Positions 1-12,000 of a stretch of 64,000 nucleotides of DNA are shown piece by piece. A program made the position numbers and the translations under genes. Source of the DNA: Pocillopora damicornis (lineage: Eukaryota); NCBI RefSeq assembly GCF_003704095.1, contig NW_020844463.1:124001-188000 (forward strand), in the 5' to 3' direction. The notes below the pieces were generated by a model. It had not been told where the DNA came from, made no database searches, and saw only the letters and a list, made by a program, of their open reading frames with translations. The stretch's first letter is position 1. Each line of letters starts with the position of its first letter.

Positions 1-1418
1 ATGTCGGATCCTACCACTGCACCTGTGAAGCTGGCTATGTTGGTGACGGAAAGCACCTTTGTACAGGTGTGTTAGTTTTCTATGGAGCAAGTTCTGTTCT
101 CTGCTCTCAGTTGGAGTGCAGTAATTTGAGAATAACGTGAGTTACTGGGTTACATACAATCACAACAAGTAATGCGTCAAGTACGATAACCACAAATCCA
201 AATACTTTCTAATAGAGTGCGTTCAGTTTTGAACTAAGCTGAGCAAAACGCAACAGTCTTCAGCGGCTCAGCAGATCCTTCTTTTGGCAACCATGACGTT
301 TAATTAATCATTCAAAACTAGGCTGATAAATATAAACCCTTTGCGCAATGGTTGTTTAATAGTTTAAAGGAAATTTTTCAGTTTGGAAATCTTTGGTAAT
401 TAACATGAGTAGAGAGAAAGCAGTGAATGAAACAGCTTATTGTAATTGAAGACTGGGCTATTTTGAATAACCAGACTTCTTATATTTCAGTTTTTAAGGT
501 CTCTTTGCATGATTTCTTCGAGGAAGATTAAGTCTCTGTCTCTGAATATCAACAGAAATAAGAATAATCATCTTAAAACAAAGCAATCTTTCTTAGCCCC
601 CAACTTACCGAATATTAAATTTGCGAGTACTCTTGCCTTAAGTCCGTATCTTCTTTCGATATCATTATTAGAAATATCATAACCATTTATTTGTTAATCT
701 CTTGTTATTACATAAACTGCAGTGTTATACAGGGATTTGCGGCCCTGAGAAAAGTTGTAACAACACACGTGAAAAAAAATCGTATTTTTAAAAAATAAAA
801 AAATCATTATTCAACGCAATTTGCATCTTAAGAGTTAGCGCCAACGCACTGTACGATTGTTATTTGGGGATTGTTGATTCATTTATTTTCATTCATTAAA
901 GAAGTCGGCTTTTCTTCTCAGTAAGGGGCTGTTGTGGTTATATGATAAACAAAATAATACATGGTTGCCTGTAGATATGGAATTCCTCTTCTCGTGTTCA
1001 ACTCGACATCCCACTCGTTGGCTGCGCTCACTCGTGAGCTATCGAGTTAAAAACTCGAAGAGAAATTCCATATCTACGCGCACCCATGTATTAGTCTCTA
1101 TTTATCTTTTCACGATTTTTTTAAAAGAAATCCGTGTCTCTGAAGATAATCATAATAATTATTAAAACCAAACAACTGCATAATACCATTTCAATCTTAC
1201 TAGGAGGACCAAGTAACCCTTTCGTGTATTAAGCATAATACTAACCAATTAAAATATCAATTTGACTTAAGCTCTGTTGTTTGCAAATTTAGACGTGGAT
1301 GAATGTCGAATGGGTACCTACTCTTGCCACGAGTTTGCTCAATGTGTAAATGTGATTGGCTCATATGATTGTGTTTGCCAACCTGGATATACAGGAGACG
1401 GAGAACAGTCCTGCACGG
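1..1418 (+). CDS. Fragment of an inverted copy of paralog A: two Ca-binding EGF exons (<1-66, 1293-1418)
   Basis: 1-66 reads [21 protein letters not shown] then G|gtgtgt. 1293-1418 (126 nt, ag|...|gtaggt) reads [42 protein letters not shown]. Exons and introns are the diverged reverse complement of about 3150-4676. Confidence 0.85.
971..1077. repeat. Palindromic MITE-like element inside an approximately 400-bp insertion found only in the plus-strand copy
   Basis: Inverted arms GTAGATATGGAATTcCTCTTC...GAAGAGaAATTCCATATCTAC. The homologous intron near 3980 lacks the insertion. Confidence 0.7.
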
Positions 1419-1899
1419 GTAGGTTTGCTAGTTAAGAAAAATTGTAGTATTGATCTTTATGGTAATGAATATTGATAACTTGATTGAATGATTAATAATA
1501 GAAATTGAATTGAGTGAAGTGCAACTTGGTCTGAAATGATACGTGTGATTTGAAATTACGAGTATGAATTTAGACCAAAATTGCACGACACGAAGTTTAT
1601 CATTTTGTTACATCCATTTTGAAATCGCAAAATTCAATCGGACAAATACAGAATGTTTTAGTCTGTACAAATACTTTATTGATCTAGTATTGAGCTAGTT
1701 TGAAATAAGTTGCAAAAGTTGTCCTCCATTTTCCTGCGATTTGATTGGTTACTTTAAAAAAGTCTCATCGGCTGGGAAAAATGATACGATTTAGAGCAAA
1801 AAGTGGTACCATTCGTGAATAAATTGTGTTGATGAAAGCTAATCAGATTGCAAGAATACAAGAAAATTTAAAATGGACATAGTAAATTAATTGATTGAT

Positions 1900-1999
1900 N
1901 NNNNNNNNNNNNNNNNNNNNNNNNNNNNNNNNNNNNNNNNNNNNNNNNNNNNNNNNNNNNNNNNNNNNNNNNNNNNNNNNNNNNNNNNNNNNNNNNNNN
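1900..1999. other. Assembly gap (100 N, probably an unknown-size placeholder); further gaps at 2228-2237, 2411-2917 and 3058-3067
   Basis: Runs of N in the sequence. Confidence 0.98.
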
Positions 2000-2190
2000 G
2001 CTCTCTTCTGTTTTAAAGCACTAAGGAAGCAGCTGTAAGTAGAGAAAACAATCGACAAGTCTCCTGTTTCTCTCCTACGATACTTTTCTGCTTTAGCTGC
2101 TTCCAGTGTGCATTATGATAGGACAGAACGCAGTCGTAGCTTCTTTCTTCGTTGACTTTAAATTTTAATTTCCAATTACAAAGCCCTTAC

Positions 2191-3099
2191 TGTGGTAGTT
2201 CGCCACAAATCCAGACCTTGAAACTGANNNNNNNNNNGTAAAAGTGACAAAAAGCTCGTGAGAAGAACTTGAAATTCTTTGTGGCAGCAAGTCTCCATCA
2301 TAGCGCCCGATCAGGGGAGAAGAAGAAGATGAGCCATCGTAAACAGTAACAGGATCATAACCTCGTTCAGTTTGAAAACGAGTAAAGGAAAGTTCCAGAC
2401 TTAGATTTGANNNNNNNNNNNNNNNNNNNNNNNNNNNNNNNNNNNNNNNNNNNNNNNNNNNNNNNNNNNNNNNNNNNNNNNNNNNNNNNNNNNNNNNNNN
2501 NNNNNNNNNNNNNNNNNNNNNNNNNNNNNNNNNNNNNNNNNNNNNNNNNNNNNNNNNNNNNNNNNNNNNNNNNNNNNNNNNNNNNNNNNNNNNNNNNNNN
2601 NNNNNNNNNNNNNNNNNNNNNNNNNNNNNNNNNNNNNNNNNNNNNNNNNNNNNNNNNNNNNNNNNNNNNNNNNNNNNNNNNNNNNNNNNNNNNNNNNNNN
2701 NNNNNNNNNNNNNNNNNNNNNNNNNNNNNNNNNNNNNNNNNNNNNNNNNNNNNNNNNNNNNNNNNNNNNNNNNNNNNNNNNNNNNNNNNNNNNNNNNNNN
2801 NNNNNNNNNNNNNNNNNNNNNNNNNNNNNNNNNNNNNNNNNNNNNNNNNNNNNNNNNNNNNNNNNNNNNNNNNNNNNNNNNNNNNNNNNNNNNNNNNNNN
2901 NNNNNNNNNNNNNNNNNGTACTCTGTGTCAAATTTCATGAAAAACAGTTCTATGTTTTCGTTGGCAGACAGGTTCCAGATGCAGTGCATGTTGTTTAGGT
3001 AGTTTCCAGTGTTGTTTGAGTATATCAGACCGGTTGTACTTGTTTCTATCTTCATGANNNNNNNNNNAGAACTTGTGGCTGTCACGGATGGTTGTTCAA
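2191..3099 (-). CDS. Paralog A CUB domains (two partial CUBs flanking a gap)
   Basis: [35 protein letters not shown] and [37 protein letters not shown]...SGFVANY. The ELxFxxFxTE motif appears twice, so there are at least two CUB units. Confidence 0.8.
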
Positions 3100-6000
3100 C
3101 TAGAATTAAAACAAAACGATAAATCAGTCACTCCAGAATTTCTTATTCAACCATCAATCAATTAATTTATTATATCCATTTTTAAATTTCTTGTGATCCT
3201 TGCAGTCTGATTAGCTTTCATCAATGCAATGTATTCACGAATGGTACCACTTTTTGCTCTAAATCGTATCATTTTCCCGGCCAATGAGGAAGCTTTATTA
3301 AAACACAATAACCATCATATTTCGAGACTTTTTTAAAAGTAACCAATCAAATTGCAGGAAAAGGAACAACTTTTACAACTTATAACAAATTAGCTCAATA
3401 CTGGAACATCAAAGCATTCGTAAAGACTACAAAAAAAGACTATTTGTCCGACTGAATTTAGCGATTTCAAAATGGATGTAATAAAATGATACTAAACTTC
3501 GTGTCGTGCAATTTTGGTCCGAATTCATACTCGTAATTTCAAATCACACGTATTAGACCAAATTACACTCCACTCAGTTCAATTTCTTTTATTAATCATT
3601 CAATCAAGTTATAAATATTTATTACCATAAAGATCAATACCACTATTTTTCATAACCAGCAAACCTACCCGCGCAGGACTGTTCACCGTCTCCTGTATAT
3701 CCAGGTTGGCAAATACAGTCATATGAGCCAATCACATTTACACATTGAGCAAACTCGTGGCAAGAGTAAGAACCCGTTTGACATTCATCCACATCTACAT
3801 TTGCTAACAACAAATAATGACAGCTTAAGTCAAATTAAGATTTTAATTGGTCAGTATTATGCTTTATCCATCAACGTGTCACTTGGCCCTCTGAGTAAGA
3901 TTGAAATGTATTCAGTTGTTCAGTTCTAATAATTATCATGATTATCTACAGAGACACGGATTTCTTAAGAAAACATGATGAAAAAAGAATAACAAATTAA
4001 CAAATAAATGGTTATGATATTAATTATAATGATATTGAAGGAAGATACGAACTTAACGCACAAGTACCGCCGCTAATTTAATATTCGGTAAGTTCGGTGC
4101 AAAGAAAGATTGCTTTTTTCTAAGATGATTATTCCCATTTCTGTTGATATTAGGAGACATAGATTGATCTGCTTCAAAGAAGTCACGAAAAGAAAACTTA
4201 AAAAGTGAAATATAGGAAGTCTGGCTATTCAAAATAGCCCAGTCTATATCAAACAGACATTTACTACAACGAGCTGCTTTATTCACGGCTTCCTATTTAC
4301 CCATGTTAATTACTACAGATTTCCAACCTGAAGAATTGCGCCAAGGATTGATATTTGTCACCTAGTTTTAAATGATCAATTAAACATCATAGTTGCCAGA
4401 AGAAGGATCTGCTAAGCCACTGATAATAGTTGTGTTTTGTTCAGCTTAGTTCAAAACTGAATGAAGTGTATTAGAAAGGATTTTGATTAGTGGTTATCGT
4501 ACTTGACGCATTACTTTGTTATGATTGTAAATAACCCACGTTGTTCTCAAATTGCTGCATTCCAACTAAGAGCAAAGAGCAGAACTCGAACCTTAAAAAT
4601 CTGACACACCTGTGCAGAAGTGTTTTCCGTCACCAACATAGCCAGCTTGACAGGTGCAGTGGTAGGATCCGATATCATTGACACAGTTCGCTTGTGCATG
4701 GCAGGTAAATGAGCCTGACAGACACTCATCAACATCTGTTTTAATATGAAATGAATCTCGGTCACGTCAGAGACATTCATTGATGTTGAGGAAATACGGC
4801 TTTGTGGATAAACAAATGTCAAACTGAGTGACTAGTCTCCAAATAGTCATGAAAAAAACCACATATCTCAATGTTATCATTACATACATACATACACACG
4901 TACGTACGTACATACATACATACATACATAAACTTTATTTAAACACAAATTTGAGTGTAGCTAAAAAAGGCTGAAACAAAGGTCAAACTAAGTGACAAGT
5001 CTCCTAATAGTCATGAAAAAAAAAACACGTATCTCAATGTTACAATGACATGCACACATGCATACATAAACTTTATTTAAATACAAATTTGAGTGTAGCT
5101 AAAAAAGCTAATGTCTTCGTGTTGCGTGTAATAGGTACAAATTCTAATAAGAATATAAAATTTACATGCCAATCAAATAAGACATTATTCAAGTATAAAA
5201 TAAAATAAAATTGTTATCATTGTTTTTTTTTTCCGGTACCTAAGCAATCGTGCATTCCGTTTCCAGTATAACCAGGGAGGCAGCTACAATCATAGGAACC
5301 ATCTGTATTCACGCACTCAGCTTGCGCATGACAGGAAAAAGACCCGGTCTGACACTCATTGACATCTGTTACATTTGTATATGTAAGCAAAAGGGATTAA
5401 GATTACTGAGCATGGTTGCAAACGCACTTTAACGAACGTCGATAATAATAGCTGACACCTCTCGTTTTGCCATGATTATAATTAATCTAAGGCAAATCTC
5501 TGAATCTTCAGTAGAAGTGTGACTACAATCCCTAGTTAAAAAACTATTGAGAGGAACTTGAAAAATGGTTTTCCATTAATTAGCCTAGAGACATTTTCTT
5601 AAACTGAAGGAAAAATCTCAGTTTCATTGTGGTTCAAATCTTAGGCCCGGCCCGTTTAGATCGAATAATGTGCCTCAGCGCTCTCTTAGAGCCGCAGAAT
5701 TTTCTTCCATGGGGATACTACAGTTATACGGGATGATTTATGATGACGGACGTCAGCAGTGAGTCGATAGCATGATCTGCTGTTTAAAAGTAGGATAACA
5801 AACGAGATTCCATTATCAATCAAGGAAAGCTTGAAAAAAGTAAGACTAGATGCAAAATCACAGAGACTTTTTATATACCTGGACATGTTTACAGGCCGGG
5901 GAATCACTGTGTACAGAGCACGTGCACGGCATCCTGATGACCAGTCACGTTGGAAAAATGTGGCTATGGACATTATTAAACTATTCATTTTACAGTCCAT

Positions 6001-9000
6001 ACTACCGTGAAAAACTAAAATTATGTGAAATTTAGGTGTGATTACCTGAGCAAGTGTACTGACCGTCTCCTTCATATCCATTGCGACATCTACAGTCATA
6101 GGAGCCATACACGTTAACACAGTCAGCTAACGCATGGCAGGAGTATGCTGCTGACTGACACTCATCCACATCTAGAAATATAAAGGTATATATTTAAAAA
6201 GGGCAAAAAAGTCATGCGAATAAAGAGCGATATCCCTTGATGTAAAACTGTGGGAGTGGGGCATCACTAAATGTTTCCTATTGTTGACGTTCATTCACAT
6301 ACCTGAACAAGAAGTGCTTCCATCTCCAGTGTAACCATTTAAGCACGTACAATCATAAGATCCTTGCAAATTCACACACTGGCCATGCGAATGACACGAA
6401 TATGACCCTGTTTCACATTCATCAACATCTGAAATAGAGGTAAAAGCGCTAAGATTTAAGGAAGGGGAACACAGACAAAACTTTTAATATATTTTGTGAA
6501 TTGAAATCAAAATAGCGAAATGTTTTGATACCGTTGAAATTCCTCAGTTCGGTGATTCACTTAGTTGAAATCAGTTAGTGACTGGGAATAACACACTTGA
6601 GGTATATGATGGTAGGTAGTTCATGACAAATGTGTTTTTGCATTTCAGGTTTTTTTTCCTGATTTTGTTAGAAACACCTCTGCACTATTAGCATGAAAAT
6701 GCCTACTCCACAAAAGTAAATATATTGCCTCTTGGATTCCGGTAAACGTTCACAAAATTTCAATTTGATGTTAACGCTACGGTAATTATAGGTGTTTTTT
6801 AATTGAATTTATAGGCTTTTACCTGAACATGAGAGCAGGCCATCTCCTTGGTATCCAGCCACACATGTACAAGCATAAGAACCATAAGCATTTACACATT
6901 GTGCACGTGGATGGCAAGAATATGATCCCGTCAGGCACTCGTCGACATCTGTTGACATTCATGCATAAGACTTGATTCCAGAATTGCCTTGCAAATTGCG
7001 CCAAGCTCTTATTTTTTTGTTGATTTTGAGACAATTTGTACACGCTTGGAACAAAATTTATGACAGCCCCCTCGGACTCGCCCCAATTCCACCCAACTAC
7101 CTTCATAATTCTAAAAGCACCTGAGAAAGCCCTGAATAACTCTATTTATAACTTGATGAGACTAGATAAGGGGATATCCCTCGGGGAATTTTAACTGCCC
7201 ACATGCAGCGAAAAAAAAAGCAACAATAACTGAATAAAAACAGTGGTAGAAGCAAGATTGCAAACCTATTTCATTTTTTTTTTGTTTGCTTCCTTTTTGT
7301 TTATGGAACTGTGGGGTTCTTTTTATTATTATAAATTTTCATAATTGACACATGAGCATTTTCCTCTAGAGAATCTTGGCGAAAAGAGAAAGAGATGGCA
7401 AAAGAGAGAGATAAGGACATATATCTGTATCCACACTGGTACTATATACCTGAGCAAGCATGGCGACCATCTCCTGCATACCCGGGCAAACATCTGCAAT
7501 CATAGGAGCCTACAACGTTCACACACAGACCTTGCGCATGACAGACATAAGAGCCAGACTGACACTCGTCGACATCTGTTAGATATTCATATTTAAAGTT
7601 CGTCAGAAAATAACACACATTTTCCATTGTATGCAATTTAGCGCAGGACCACAGGATATAAGTTCAGCTTCAGATGGTTTCGAATTTTATATTACGGTTT
7701 AGCATGGTAGCTTGTCAACCATCTTGTTTCTCACGAGGAAAAAATTTATTTTCAGTTTATACCTTAACGAGTAGAGTCTTAGCACAGGCTCTCTTCGAGG
7801 GTTTTGCGTTTAAAAAATAGCGCGCTCCTTAAAGAATGCATGTGATTCCATGATATCTTCATATGGCACCAGGAAGGAGTTATGAGCTAACTGACTCGTC
7901 ATAGAATTCACAGAAAAGTCAAAACAATTATTTAGGTTCAATGATTGAATTAATTTGGTCAAGTATACGTACCTGAACAAATGTGAAATTCGTTCTCTGA
8001 ATAACCTGGCAAGCATTGACAGTGGTACGAACCAATCACATTGACGCAGTGGGATTGCAAATCACATGAATATGACCCTGACAGACACTCGTCAACGTCT
8101 TTCCAAAAAAGAGGAATAATAATAATTCGTTACATGTCACTCCCAAGAAGAAAATCTATGCGACAGAATCACACACGGAGTATGAAGAATGGTGATATTC
8201 AAACCTTGACACGAATGGTAGCCATCTCCATTATATCCCGCTGAACATCTACATTCGAAGGAGCCAGGCACGTTAACACAGTCAGCTTGCGCATGACATG
8301 AGTATGAGCCTGACGAACATTCATCTTCGTCTATAGGAAAAGTATATAAATCATTGAAAAGATAAATGAATGCAAAAATGAATATTTAAAAATAGCTATA
8401 AGGTAAATGTGGAATCCATGGAGCTATTAATTTGGGCCCCAGAAATGGCTGCACACAACTTTTGAATACTGGAATTTGTTAAGGAGTTTTCTCGACACGT
8501 CTGCCATCCGGCTTCTTCTTGGAATAAAAGACCTTACAAGAAAAGTCATAATTGCACACCGCCTAATGAAACCTATTATACCGTTTTCATTGTTTTTCCT
8601 CATTCCTTTGCTTTTCACCCTCTATTTTTTAAAGTCAACTGTGATTTCTTCACCAAGAAAGAGCGCGTTAACAAAAATATAAAGTGTCCATCTTTTATTT
8701 AATTGATGCCCAAAGCATGACCTGGCGAACAAACCTTCACAGACGTCTCCACTCAGGCGGTAGCCAACAGGGCATTCACAGGAATAAGATCCATAATTGT
8801 TGACACAATACGCATGCACTGGACAATAATCTGGAAAGTCCCTACACTCGTCATAGTCTAAAATAAAACAACGGAAATCAAATAAACACTAAAAACAACA
8901 GAAGAAGAAAATACATCGAACGCGAACGAAGCACATATATATTACCATGTGGTATTGATTAATCGAAAAGTTGTTGCAGTGCAAAACACACCAGAGCACT

Positions 9001-12000
9001 TCAAGAACTACAAAAACGCAAGGTTAGACAATGCAGGGCTGGTGGAAATAGATTCCACCTGCTGGACTTCTCTTTTAGTGATCAATCTTCCCTTTTTCGA
9101 AACTCTTTCACCTGGGATATCAGGGAAAGTAAGAAACAGAAGCGCAAAAGCGTAAAGGCGCAGAAACAACCTACAATCTGGCTGCATTAATACGGAGCCA
9201 AATGCAGCCAAGAACTATTTGTTGCAATGCTTTATAGACCTGGACTGAAACTAATCGAACGTAAGCACAGCACAGACGAAAGGAATAAAGAAAGTCACAC
9301 CTTTCTTGCATGTAAACCCATAACAATCTAAGCAATTTACATCGTTCCATTGGAACTTATGGAGAAAGCCAAGAGCATGAACACAGTCCTGGTTGTGAAT
9401 ATTATTCGGTTGGCCGTCAGCCCAGTGATGGAAATCTAGAGCAGTTCGATCGCTCCACACGAATGAACCTTCGTCGTTGATGTCCGAAAGGCCCAACCAC
9501 GAATGACGACTGCCATGTAGACTTTGCACAAACACATTTTCCTCATGGCTGTGGATACTTGGGAGATTGGCTGCTAACGAAGCGCATGTTCTTTGGCTAT
9601 CACTCCAAGAATCGCAAGAGGAGACTTTCCGGTAGCAATACCCATTGTTATAGATCCAGTCATCTTCGCAAATGTCTTTGAGCAAAAAAAATCATAAAAT
9701 CATAAACAGAGGTTACGAGAAAGTTTGTTGAAAAATGATGATTACATTTATCATAAAATAAAATAAAATGTCTTAAAGAAATCTTACCAGACTCGAATCT
9801 ACATATTATAATGAGATGCAAACATTCTTAATGCGCATTGTTGTGGTTCTCGGTCAAGAACAGGAGCCGTAAGAACACACAAGTTTATTACAAAGCACAC
9901 AGAACAGAACTTAGGAAACTTAATCACACCACCAGTGAATAATTATTATTAGGTGCCCATTTTCCTATACAGTGGCTTAGCTACTAGTAATGTGGTAACC
10001 GTTGGCCGTAATATTGGTAATATCACGACACGGATGATTAAACAAAGACACTCCGGTATCACCTTCGATATGCAACGGGAGTAAGCAGCAAATTATAAAT
10101 TTTTAACCTTTATTTAACGTTATTGTCAATATCTATTGGTGTAGTTTTGTTCTTTAGTAGAAACTACCGAGAATGTCTGTAAATCCAATTAATTTTCCAT
10201 TAGAAGAAATGAAATTACTTACTAGTTTAACTAACCAAAAACCTCGCAAGTAAATAAAGAAGTCATATCTGGGAAACGCTAAATCATGCTGACAAGTTGG
10301 CGTCAATATTGTTTTATTTGACGCGGATAACTTGCTTTTATGGGGAAAACTTCCATCGAGGCGAAACCACCAGTAGCCAAAAGTACATCAAAATGCAAGA
10401 ATTAAACTATGATAATAAATTCAATTACCTGTCAACACAGCATATGATACAACCAGTGGATCAAAGCCTTGAACAAACAGTTCCTTAACACAAACTCGTA
10501 TGCTTGACTCGGTAATGAACTGTATTACAGAAAAGACACGTTAAGAAATGGATGCTGAGAGGATTCTGAACGTCGCGAAAAATGTTCACGTTGTACAGCA
10601 AAGGCAAGGCGCGTGTTAAAAGAAACTACACTGGGTTGAAAAGGATTGAAAAGGTCACTTGATAAAACCAAATTATTTTGTTCATTCTTAACCTAATCTA
10701 ATACGAAACATCCCTTTCAGTAACTCACATATTTCACTCTTTTATTTGGTGCCATATGAAAATTTGACTCTTTCATTCTTTACTTTCGTATTTGCTTCAC
10801 CTTGTCACTTCTCAGATTTGTTGCCTGCGTCGTTACCGCTTTCCGTCTTCAAGTAGTTTTGGTTCAGTATTTCAACTTTTCTTTTTTACGATATATTTTG
10901 CAAAAAGCATTAGTAAGACAAGAAGACCCCGTACGTTAGAGACTATACTCAGTAAAAAGCCCTGGTTTCTATGGAAAGCTTTTTTCTTCGTTGTTTTCTT
11001 TTACCTATAGGTATGCACGATGAGAAACGGGGTTCTACAAGGATATCTCTGAGTGGAGCACAACTGAAAGCTTCGAAATGAAAAACAGTGTCATTTTTGC
11101 CTCGCGTATCTTTCCAGGGAGAATTGCGGTGATCACTCCGTTCCCTTGACTAGGAAAATCAAATGAAACGGCGGTCACACTTGCAAGCAAGTGTTATTTT
11201 AATACCTCAATCCAGTTAGCAATTCCATTGCATTCTGCGGCAGTGTCTCCTACATTTCTGGGGTGTGTTGCTGTAATCAAAACAGTCGGTGGTTTACTAT
11301 AGTTTTTAATAAGGGTTGCCTCCTGTTGATCAAAAAATCCTTTCAGGACACATTCGTTTAAAACGTACAAAGTAGGTGTGAAGTAAGTTCAATTTTTTTA
11401 GATTTTATCGTCAGCTTACGGATTTTAGCCACAAATTTGTTGCAAAAATATGATCAAAAACTGCACACATAAACATGGTGGCAAAAGCCTCTTTTTTCCT
11501 GCCTGGTAGTTATGGTTTTAGCCCCTCCCCCCCCCCCCCCCCTTAAAAAAAGGTTAGTCTCTATGATTTATCAAACCGCGTCACTAGAGTTAAAAATGAT
11601 GGGTGGGAAGGAGGGTAAAGGAGGCTCAGTAAGCCAATGATTCCTTGCCAATGTAGGTTGAGTTAGTGCCCTTTTAAGCTCTGAAGATCAGAGATTGTTG
11701 GGCTCTTCAATTCCTCCGAAGGTACAGCCACATTAGGCTTGAAAATTTTTCAGTCCGTTTGCTACTAACCTTAATTGCGGGAGATCCCCGCGGTATATAA
11801 CACTGACCTCAAAAACTTTATTAGTTATGAAAATACTTTACCATTCATATGCGTCTTATTTTTACCTGACAAAAAGCGAAGTTGTGATCTGCCGATGGTA
11901 AACCGCCATTGGGGAAGGTTATACTGCCGTGCTCCTTAAAAAATGGCTTAGGGCAATGCTGAAAGACTAGCCAATGCTGCGAAGGAGTAGTACAAATATG

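Noticed and set aside
2165-3085. Long ORFs of 306, 176 and 177 aa in the track
   Set aside because: Mostly N-gap. Only the CUB fragments at the edges are real sequence.
3669-8857. Regularly recurring similar segments as a CRISPR-like array
   Set aside because: They are 123-126-nt EGF exons with GT-AG introns in eukaryotic DNA.
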